This document shows positions 1 through 6,479 of a stretch of DNA of 64,000 nucleotides, one piece after another. The DNA is from a virus. Position numbers and translations under genes: made by a program. The notes beneath the pieces are model-generated. The model saw only the letters and a program-made list of their open reading frames with translations. It was not told the DNA's origin and made no database searches. The stretch covers positions 32,001 to 96,000 of IMG/VR virus record IMGVR_UViG_3300044624_001054; one strand, given 5' to 3'. Numbering within the stretch: position 1 is the stretch's first letter; each line of letters starts with the position of its first letter.

Positions 1-51
1 CGCTGAACGAGTTCATCCGTAAGTACGCTAAGACCTTGGTGGAGGTGTAAC

Positions 52-495
52 ATGATTGACCCTAGCATGACTGACATTCATCCTTACCCGCCAACTATGC
101 AGGAGTTGGAGTTGCGGGTCATCGAACTGAATACAGAGATCAACCGTCTGACTTCAGAGGTAGAGGCTATACAGAGTGACCGTGACTACTGGAGGGGCCA
201 GACGAACTATCGTCAGGCCCAGATTGACGGTCTTGAGTCATATCTCAAGGAGAACTTTGACTACATTGATGAGAATGTGACGCAGGAACTTGTTGATATC
301 TTCTCTCTTACTATCACCAGGGACTATGATGTGACAATCACCGTCACATTCTCTGGTGTTGTTACTGCTCCTCTCAATTTCGATATGGATAGCCTTGAGG
401 ATTCTCTGAATGCTAGTCTTGAGGCATCCTACTACGGAGATGTAGAGGCAGACTTCTCAGAGGATCATATGGAGATTGACTGGACAGAGAGTTAG
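52..495 (+). CDS. Hypothetical protein, N-terminal coiled coil and very acidic C-terminus
   Basis: 147-aa ORF preceded by a GGAGG RBS. Confidence 0.75.
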   Translation: MIDPSMTDIHPYPPTMQELELRVIELNTEINRLTSEVEAIQSDRDYWRGQTNYRQAQIDGLESYLKENFDYIDENVTQELVDIFSLTITRDYDVTITVTFSGVVTAPLNFDMDSLEDSLNASLEASYYGDVEADFSEDHMEIDWTES

Positions 496-527
496 GCAGC
501 GGTGGTATCCTAACTACGCCTCCGCCC

Positions 528-563
528 TGCAGACCTGAGCATGTCTTGCATAATAAACTGCTC
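528..563 (+). ncRNA. tRNA-leader pseudoknot motif, copy 1
   Basis: Stem AGAC/GTCT around loop CTGAGCAT; loop GAGCA pairs with TGCTC (559-563) after AAAC; ends 3 nt before tRNA-Glu. Confidence 0.75.
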
Positions 564-566
564 ACG

Positions 567-639
567 GCTCCCATCGTCTAGAGGCCAAGGACGCCGCCCT
601 TTCAAGGCGGTAGCACGGGTTCGAATCCCGTTGGGAGTA
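567..639 (+). tRNA. tRNA-Glu(TTC)
   Basis: Acceptor GCTCCCA/TGGGAGT, anticodon arm CCGCC-CT TTC AA-GGCGG, T loop GTTCGAATC; CCA not encoded. Confidence 0.95.
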
Positions 640-642
640 CAA

Positions 643-704
643 CCCCTGGAGAGAATGTGCGGAATCCGCCACCAACCCCACCATTCCGCTTCCCTCTCCA
701 GGGG
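643..704 (+). other. Long hairpin directly 3' of tRNA-Glu
   Basis: CCCCTGGAGAG/CTCTCCAGGGG plus GCGGAAT/ATTCCGC, with a C/A-rich loop. Confidence 0.7.
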
Positions 705-711
705 CCTAGTC

Positions 712-755
712 GGGCGGGGGGAAGTTGACGGTCTCCTTCCCCCTGCCTTGTTTTA
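712..755 (+). terminator. Rho-independent terminator
   Basis: GGCGGGGGGAAG...CTTCCCCCTGCC followed by TTGTTTT. Confidence 0.7.
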
Positions 756-860
756 TCGGCCCGGCCCGAAAAATTTAATCTGTCAAGCATTTACGATCTC
801 TCTTTTACGATCACGGGAATTTGTTACCAGAAATTTATCTAAATAATCTGCTAGATATTC

Positions 861-889
861 TTGAGACTGTCAGACCTAGGGTGTATAGT
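861..889 (+). promoter_or_regulatory. SigA-type promoter with internal TGTCAGACC box
   Basis: TTGAGA-N17-TATAGT, upstream of an AAGGAG RBS and the DUF932 gene. Confidence 0.65.
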
Positions 890-923
890 TCTTCTATAAG
901 TTCAATCAACTAAGGAGATACAT

Positions 924-1919
924 ATGGCACACGCAGTAGAGGTTGGCGCTAACGGAGAGCAGGCTTTTGCTTCCTTCCGCGAACCCGCTTGGCATGGTCT
1001 TGGTACCGTGTTCTTTGAGGAGAAGTCCACCCGCGAGATGCTGGATGCGGCTTACCTTTCTAACTGGGACGTTCGCCTTGAGGCCGTTCCTTACCCTTCC
1101 GACTACAATGTGATCACGCCTTCCTACATGGTACTGCGTGATAACCCCTTTGACCAGGGAACTGACGTTCTCGCTACCGTTGGCGAGCGTTACCACGTTC
1201 TTCAGAACGAGGATCTTTTCGACTTTGGTGATGCGCTGCTTGACGGTGGTCGCTGGGAGACCGCTGGCTCTATTCGCCAGGGTCGCGTTGTGTTCGGCTC
1301 GCTTGCGCTTGAGCGTGAGACTGTCCTTGATCCCAACGGCGTTTCGGATGTTGTGAAGTCCTACCTTCTCGTCCACACCTCGCATGACGGTTCTACCGCT
1401 GTGCAGGCTTCCATCACTCCCGTCCGCGTTGTGTGCCAGAACACTCTGAACATGGCTCTTCAGGGTGTGAAGCAGTCCTTCAAGATTCGTCACACGCAGA
1501 CTGTCGGTGGCAAGGTTATGGCTGCACGCGAGGCTCTTGCTCTCGCAAACACCTACCTGGATGAGTTCGACAAGGAGGCCAAGGCTCTCATCGCCAAGGA
1601 TATCACCAAGGCCAAGTTCGATGCCATCGTGCAGGCTGTCTACCCTCGCCCTGAGGCTGATGCCAAGGGTGCTGTCAAGAAGTGGGAGAACAAGGTCGAT
1701 CTCATTGAGGAGATTTGGACCTCTGACACCAACAACATGATCGCTACCACCGCGTGGGGTGCGTTCAATGCAATGACGGAGCGCCTTGACTGGTTCCGCA
1801 AGGGTCGTGGCGAGCGGGGTGCTGAGAATGTTCTCGCTGCTGCTAGTGGTTTCGATCCTGTCACCAATGCGGAGAAGGGTCGCATCCTGAAGGCTGTCAA
1901 GGAGATCGCTTTCGCGTAA
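924..1919 (+). CDS. DUF932 / TIGR03299-type phage-plasmid protein
   Basis: Motifs PAWHGLG, ETAGS, SHDGS, TPVRVVCQNTL, IRHT, TAWGAFNAMTE; strong RBS. Confidence 0.85.
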   Translation: MAHAVEVGANGEQAFASFREPAWHGLGTVFFEEKSTREMLDAAYLSNWDVRLEAVPYPSDYNVITPSYMVLRDNPFDQGTDVLATVGERYHVLQNEDLFDFGDALLDGGRWETAGSIRQGRVVFGSLALERETVLDPNGVSDVVKSYLLVHTSHDGSTAVQASITPVRVVCQNTLNMALQGVKQSFKIRHTQTVGGKVMAAREALALANTYLDEFDKEAKALIAKDITKAKFDAIVQAVYPRPEADAKGAVKKWENKVDLIEEIWTSDTNNMIATTAWGAFNAMTERLDWFRKGRGERGAENVLAAASGFDPVTNAEKGRILKAVKEIAFA

Positions 1920-1923
1920 TCAA

Positions 1924-1951
1924 ACATCCTGGGCATGATGTAAAACTGCCT
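1924..1951 (+). ncRNA. tRNA-leader pseudoknot motif, copy 2
   Basis: ACATC-CTGGGCAT-GATGT-AAAAC-TGCCT; ends 4 nt before a tRNA-like gene. Confidence 0.75.
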
Positions 1952-1955
1952 GCAC

Positions 1956-2023
1956 GCCACCCGCGCTGGGCGCAGACGAGATTCCAACCCTTGTCGTGCA
2001 GAGTTCGATTCTTTGGGGTGGTG
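1956..2023 (+). tRNA. Atypical tRNA-Trp(CCA)-like RNA with minimal D-arm
   Basis: Acceptor GCCACCC/GGGTGGT; D-arm GCGC-TGG-GCGC; stem GACGAG/CTTGTC with central CCA; T-arm CAGAG-TTCGATT-CTTTG. Confidence 0.65.
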
Positions 2024-2027
2024 CTTG

Positions 2028-2100
2028 GCACTTGTAGAGTAGCGGTTATCTCGCCACCCTGTCACGGTGGAGATCGTGGGTTCGAATCCCATCAGGTGCG
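2028..2100 (+). tRNA. tRNA-Asp(GTC)
   Basis: Acceptor GCACTTG/CAGGTGC, anticodon arm CCACC-CT GTC AC-GGTGG, T loop GTTCGAATC. Confidence 0.95.
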
Positions 2101-2191
2101 CTTGACAAATCTAAGAATTTGGGGCCGGGCCGTCCAAGAATATTCTAAGACTCTTTTACGATCTTCTTACGAAAGTCACAGGAATTTTCGC

Positions 2192-2220
2192 TGGAATATG
2201 TCAGACCCACATGCTACGCT
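2192..2220 (+). promoter_or_regulatory. Promoter with TGTCAGACC box and extended -10
   Basis: TGTCAGACC at 2199; TGcTACGCT at 2212-2220; same spacing as the 861-889 promoter. Confidence 0.55.
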
Positions 2221-2245
2221 TTATGTATTCGACAGAAGGAGCATT

Positions 2246-2458
2246 ATGAACATCTACGGCATAACAGAAGAAGATATGGCCTCTCCGACCTTTCCCAACG
2301 AGAATGATATTCTTGCATCTATCGTCAAGAACATGAAGGATATTCTAGATGGTGAGTGTGAGCGACCTGATATTGCTGCCCTTGCCGTGTCGATAGACTT
2401 CTTTGTCTTAGATCACTACATGCGTAATGGACGCATCCCTACTGCTTGGAGGAACTAA
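2246..2458 (+). CDS. Hypothetical protein
   Basis: ATG after an AGAAGGAG RBS; the longer track ORF from 1991 overlaps tRNAs. Confidence 0.7.
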   Translation: MNIYGITEEDMASPTFPNENDILASIVKNMKDILDGECERPDIAALAVSIDFFVLDHYMRNGRIPTAWRN

Positions 2459-2682
2459 TGGCAACCATCACATTCTCAGTAGAACTTATCTACGAGGGAA
2501 CTGGTCACTTCATGGATTTTGAATATGACTATGAGACTTGGGATGATATGGCCACCGAGGAAGCGGAAGCATTGGCTGACGATCTTGCTAGTGGTCGTAA
2601 CCCTGAGTTGTTCAATGAGATCATGGCTAACATTTCTATTGTCCCCACCGTTGAGAATGTGGTGGCTGATGAATCTGAATGA
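2458..2682 (+). CDS. Small acidic hypothetical protein
   Basis: TAATG coupling, GGAGG RBS. Confidence 0.7.
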   Translation: MATITFSVELIYEGTGHFMDFEYDYETWDDMATEEAEALADDLASGRNPELFNEIMANISIVPTVENVVADESE

Positions 2683-2989
2683 TGTTGAGACTGGTTGCTA
2701 CATTGACGGTAGTCATCGTGATTCCATCGAATTCTCTTTGCTAGTTATCGAAATGGCTCATGACTATGGATTTGAGTTGGATTGGGACCAGTTTGTCAAG
2801 GATGCCGCCAACATGCGCGATCCTGGTTACATGATGGAAGAGGACGAACTGAACGAGGTTCTAGATGCTATTGAATGGACGTATGAGGATGCGCTAGACT
2901 ATCTCAACATCAACACCCGCGAGCCTTTGATGTGGGTGGTAAGAGACCAGAGTTTGTTTCTTATGACATATGATGAGGCTGATGACTAA
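2669..2989 (+). CDS. Acidic hypothetical protein
   Basis: Start MNLNDVETG inside track ORF 2519..2989; operon packing. Confidence 0.7.
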   Translation: MNLNDVETGCYIDGSHRDSIEFSLLVIEMAHDYGFELDWDQFVKDAANMRDPGYMMEEDELNEVLDAIEWTYEDALDYLNINTREPLMWVVRDQSLFLMTYDEADD

Positions 2990-3054
2990 ACACCATAGTT
3001 ATATACTTTAGCAGGTATATCTATGCTAATTCACACAACTATGTATCTGGAGGA

Positions 3055-3264
3055 ATGATGCTAGCCAGTAATATGCTTACCAAAGATCAGATGCTAGAGC
3101 AGTATGAGGTTCTAGGATTTGCTTATGGCATGTGTGTAGTCAAGCGCATGTCTGATGGTGTGAAGGGGACATTGGATTTTGGAGATCATCCTATCCTCCG
3201 TCCCGAGGATTCTTCCAACCCGCTTGGCTATACTCGTTACTACTACAACTTTGTGGAGGCGTGA
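3055..3264 (+). CDS. Hypothetical protein
   Basis: GGAGG RBS; coupled to the next ORF. Confidence 0.65.
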   Translation: MMLASNMLTKDQMLEQYEVLGFAYGMCVVKRMSDGVKGTLDFGDHPILRPEDSSNPLGYTRYYYNFVEA

Positions 3265-3395
3265 TGAGTAACATTGTATGTTACTTCAATCCAGAATTCG
3301 CTGGTAAGTTTATTGCCAACTGGCTTGACCCCGCCATGTTTGACGACTATACTCTAGATATTGTTGATGATTGCCTAGTGCTTAGGGAGAAGTGA
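3264..3395 (+). CDS. 43-aa hypothetical protein (MSNIVCYF...)
   Basis: Hand-translated; TGATG coupling at both ends. Confidence 0.6.
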   Translation: MSNIVCYFNPEFAGKFIANWLDPAMFDDYTLDIVDDCLVLREK

Positions 3396-3526
3396 TGGAT
3401 GTTTCGGTAGAGGTTCAGAATGTTAGTTTCATTATTGACGCAGAGGATGAGAGCGAGGCTATCGCTAGGGTAGAGGAGTTTCTCCAGGAGTACGCCTGGG
3501 ACTGGACCCAGCCCTACGCGGGATAA
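3395..3526 (+). CDS. 43-aa acidic hypothetical protein (MDVSVEVQ...)
   Basis: Hand-translated; TGATG coupling, GGGAG RBS. Confidence 0.6.
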   Translation: MDVSVEVQNVSFIIDAEDESEAIARVEEFLQEYAWDWTQPYAG

Positions 3527-3529
3527 CTG

Positions 3530-3658
3530 ATGAAACACACATTCATTGTAACGGTAGAGTGCGAAGAAGCAGCAGACGCTTTGCTTGTAATGGGCGAGCG
3601 TTTGGACTATGATGAGGACTATGGATTCCCCTACTCAGTAGATTGGAAGTGGAAGTGA
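3530..3658 (+). CDS. 42-aa hypothetical protein (MKHTFIVT...)
   Basis: Hand-translated; fills the operon gap. Confidence 0.6.
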   Translation: MKHTFIVTVECEEAADALLVMGERLDYDEDYGFPYSVDWKWK

Positions 3659-3828
3659 AACAATATCGTATTGTCCTGCCCCTGGAAGTATGGGGAGAGT
3701 TTGAGGATGACGAGGATCATGAGTTTATCAAGGAAGTCCTAGGAGATAAGTTGGACGGACTCTTGATTTCTACCGACTACCTGTGGGATTATTGGAAAGA
3801 CGCCAAAGTCGAACCTATGGAGGGCTAA
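3655..3828 (+). CDS. Small acidic hypothetical protein
   Basis: GTGA overlap with the preceding stop. Confidence 0.6.
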   Translation: MKQYRIVLPLEVWGEFEDDEDHEFIKEVLGDKLDGLLISTDYLWDYWKDAKVEPMEG

Positions 3829-4181
3829 TGACTAATATCACCATGCACCTTACTGCTAACTTTTACCCGCCCATTCCCGCTGACATTCAGATGCGCGTGC
3901 AGGAGATTTTCGATGAGTTGCAGCGCGACTCCGATCCATATATTCTAGGCTGGGCAGACGTTCCCGAGAATTGGGACTATGACGTATCTGATGAGTCTGT
4001 GTTTGATCGCACCTATGAGTTGCCGAATGGCGCGGTAGTGACAGGACGTAGCCTACTTGATGATCTGCGCCTGTGGGATGCCCTGTGGTGGGACTGTGAT
4101 GAGCCTATGGACACTCTCGCAGACTACGAGCGTGAGCAGAAAGAATATGCAGGCCAACTATCATTTTGGACGGTGGAGTAA
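3828..4181 (+). CDS. Acidic, Trp-rich hypothetical protein
   Basis: TAATG coupling, GGAGG RBS. Confidence 0.7.
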   Translation: MTNITMHLTANFYPPIPADIQMRVQEIFDELQRDSDPYILGWADVPENWDYDVSDESVFDRTYELPNGAVVTGRSLLDDLRLWDALWWDCDEPMDTLADYEREQKEYAGQLSFWTVE

Positions 4182-4411
4182 TGAAGGTTAGATTTCTAGA
4201 GATTGACTGTGGACCAGGCGGTACAGTATGGGAGTTGCACGCTAACACCCATGAGCATCTTAGGACATATGACAGCGAGGCGGCTATGCTGAATGATGCT
4301 GCCCTACTTAGAATGGTCAATGTAGATTATAGATTCTACACTCAGGCTGAATATAACCTAGAGGTACAAGTAGAGATCATGACAGAGAATGGGGCATGGA
4401 ATGAACGATAG
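4181..4411 (+). CDS. Hypothetical protein
   Basis: TAATG coupling, GGAG RBS. Confidence 0.65.
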   Translation: MKVRFLEIDCGPGGTVWELHANTHEHLRTYDSEAAMLNDAALLRMVNVDYRFYTQAEYNLEVQVEIMTENGAWNER

Positions 4412-4655
4412 AGAGTATCTAAGAAGTTTGGGATTTGAGGTAGGTGATCGTGGTCGGTACTCTAAGGAGATGAAGGCTGCCCTTGCTACCCGCGACGGAG
4501 TAGATCCTGATGCCCCCGCTTCTGAGTATGGTGCTAATGATAGGTTCGCGGACGGTCGGTATCGTGTAGAGCGATCCAATGGTCTTCCAAGGACACCAGA
4601 CGTTCCAGGTATTGACTTTGGCCCTGGACTTGCGGTATCATCGACACGGAGGTAA
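4401..4655 (+). CDS. Lsr2-like DNA-binding domain protein
   Basis: REYLRSLGFEVGDRGRYSKEM matches the Lsr2 C-terminal RGR (AT-hook-like) pattern. Confidence 0.65.
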   Translation: MNDREYLRSLGFEVGDRGRYSKEMKAALATRDGVDPDAPASEYGANDRFADGRYRVERSNGLPRTPDVPGIDFGPGLAVSSTRR

Positions 4656-4658
4656 AAC

Positions 4659-4937
4659 ATGGAGGATAAGGTATCCAAACAGATATTGTCAGGCTTTGCA
4701 GATAGTAGGCTCAATCCCTCACATCTTGCATGGCTTGTCAAGTTGCATACAACGCCACAGATCGACAATATGCTAAAGGAGTTCTTCTATTATTACACCG
4801 TGTTCCGCAATCAGGATACAGAAGAAAACGATGCACGATGGATGGGAGAGAAGTTGATGAATGACCTACGAAATCCAGACTATGATGGTCTAAGCAATCC
4901 TCCTCCCCCTGGTACACGCATAGTGTTTGCAGATTAG
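4659..4937 (+). CDS. Hypothetical protein
   Basis: GGAGGT RBS. Confidence 0.7.
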   Translation: MEDKVSKQILSGFADSRLNPSHLAWLVKLHTTPQIDNMLKEFFYYYTVFRNQDTEENDARWMGEKLMNDLRNPDYDGLSNPPPPGTRIVFAD

Positions 4938-4941
4938 ACAT

Positions 4942-4969
4942 ACTTCCTGGGCATGAAGTTAAACTGCCC
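4942..4969 (+). ncRNA. tRNA-leader pseudoknot motif, copy 3
   Basis: ACTTC-CTGGGCAT-GAAGT-TAAAC-TGCCC; ends 3 nt before tRNA-Tyr. Confidence 0.75.
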
Positions 4970-4972
4970 CTA

Positions 4973-5052
4973 GCCTCGCAGCCCCCAAGGTGGGGGAGCG
5001 GTCTGTAAAACCGTCGCCATTGGCACGCTTGGTTCGATTCCAAGGCGGGGCA
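4973..5052 (+). tRNA. tRNA-Tyr(GTA)
   Basis: Acceptor GCCTCGC/GCGGGGC, anticodon arm GCGGT-CT GTA AA-ACCGT, long variable arm, T-arm CTTGG-TTCGATT-CCAAG. Confidence 0.88.
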
Positions 5053-5080
5053 CTTGACAAATCGATTCGGGCGTGCCGGG

Positions 5081-5555
5081 CTATCCACAAGTTATCCACA
5101 ATACCTTTACGAACCTATTACGAACGATCACGGAAAAATCACAGGAATTTTTAAGACATTAAATTTTATTAATGTCACACACATATGATAGGATGGCACA
5201 TGGAAATTTTATTATGTATTATCATAGGGCTATTATGGCTAGGATTATTCACTCCACCGCCCCGCGATTAGCGGCGGCGGTGTGTCATTTATATCCCCTA
5301 TATAACTATGTAAACAATAGGGTAAATACCTATCATTTCTGATAATATATCTTCAACTTTTGATAACTTTTATGTCAAAAGTATTACGATCCGACCATAA
5401 AAAATCACTGGAATTTTTGGCATATTCGCCTATATTTATCTAATTAGACATTACGAACGCGCCTAAAAAATCACTGGAATATTTACCTTAAAATATTCTC
5501 ATATACACGAAGTTATCCACAGGTTATCCACCATTACGATCCCGCCTGTGGATAT
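5081..5555. promoter_or_regulatory. Cluster of DnaA-box-like 9-mers; candidate origin or DnaA-binding region
   Basis: TTATCCACA at 5092 and 5513; one-mismatch boxes at 5081, 5524 and 5547 (reverse). Confidence 0.6.
5200..5271 (+). CDS. 23-aa hydrophobic micropeptide, probably leaderless
   Basis: MEILLCIIIGLLWLGLFTPPPRD; ATG lies 5 nt after a TGaTAGGAT -10 element. Confidence 0.55.
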   Translation: MEILLCIIIGLLWLGLFTPPPRD

Positions 5556-5817
5556 CTCTCCATATAACAGTAAGATAACATTCAATTCTATAAATGCGTA
5601 CGTTTTACATAACATCAATGTCTTTTGGTAGAAAGTGGATCAAGGTGGGACCTTGTGGGGACCACCTTTGACGCTATATCAGGCATGTAGGGGAATGTTT
5701 TTTATAGGTAAATATACGGGATAGCCCATATGTTTATTCCTATGTCTTATTACTAGTGTTGTTATTATATAGGTAAGGGGGAAGACTCCCACTACTACCG
5801 CCGCCAAAATTATTGGC

Positions 5818-5943
5818 TCATGCCTTCCCATATTTAGTCTTGCAAGGATCGCACCATTTGGTGGATACGAACTTCTTGTCTACACTCCATTTAATCATGC
5901 AGGAATACTCAGCATGTTTGGTAGCAGTACAGGTACTAGTCAT
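5818..5943 (-). CDS. 41-aa Cys-containing hypothetical protein
   Basis: Hand-translated MTSTCTAT...WCDPCKTKYGKA. Confidence 0.45.
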   Translation of the reverse strand: MTSTCTATKHAEYSCMIKWSVDKKFVSTKWCDPCKTKYGKA

Positions 5944-6018
5944 GCAAAATCCTTAGTCTAAGATATTATCCATGTCTTCACAGATTTGTTCGAAATCATT
6001 CATGATGCTTCCAATCGT

Positions 6019-6144
6019 TCATGCTACTTCATTCTTAGTAGTTTCATCAAATGGTTCGTCATCGAACTCTATGTCAAAGTCTATGAGAGCATCAGCAATA
6101 TAATCAAGAAACTCTTCTACTCTATTTCTCAGATAGTCCATCAT
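6019..6144 (-). CDS. Small acidic hypothetical protein
   Basis: GGGAGG RBS before MMDYLRN. Confidence 0.55.
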   Translation of the reverse strand: MMDYLRNRVEEFLDYIADALIDFDIEFDDEPFDETTKNEVA

Positions 6145-6222
6145 TGTTCTTCCTCCCAAGACAAATATAGCATATTTCCCCATCCCAAGGAGGGCCATCC
6201 TCAAAGCAGTTATGTTCTTCCA

Positions 6223-6429
6223 TTACATTACAATATCATGGCGATGTGCTTCTAGCCACCGCTCCACTTTCCTATTCAGTCCCCACCACGACAGGGCATA
6301 GATTCGCTTCATGGGGTGTCCGCAGACCCAATCCCAATCGGGATAAATTTCTGCGTATTTCACTCCCATAAAGATCGAATGATTTACCCTGTTATATATT
6401 ACCTTGTACATATCTTCCCTGTTCATCAT
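6223..6429 (-). CDS. Hypothetical protein
   Basis: ORF track; start adjusted. Confidence 0.55.
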   Translation of the reverse strand: MMNREDMYKVIYNRVNHSIFMGVKYAEIYPDWDWVCGHPMKRIYALSWWGLNRKVERWLEAHRHDIVM

Positions 6430-6479
6430 TACCCCCAATAACATATTGTGCGGGTGTTTCTACTTTCGGCTTTCGATTT

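Noticed and set aside
640-755. Theta/HDV-like ribozyme 3' of tRNA-Glu
   Set aside because: Only simple hairpins are visible; no nested double pseudoknot could be assembled.
541-846. Track ORFs 541..846, 602..790, 1640..2092, the 5' part of 1991..2458, 4738..5088 and 20753..20947
   Set aside because: They overlap tRNA genes and structured intergenic elements and have no protein-like features.
906-1493. Long antisense ORF opposite DUF932, and the many + strand ORFs within 6-63 kb
   Set aside because: Shadow frames of real genes on the opposite strand; no RBS or motifs.
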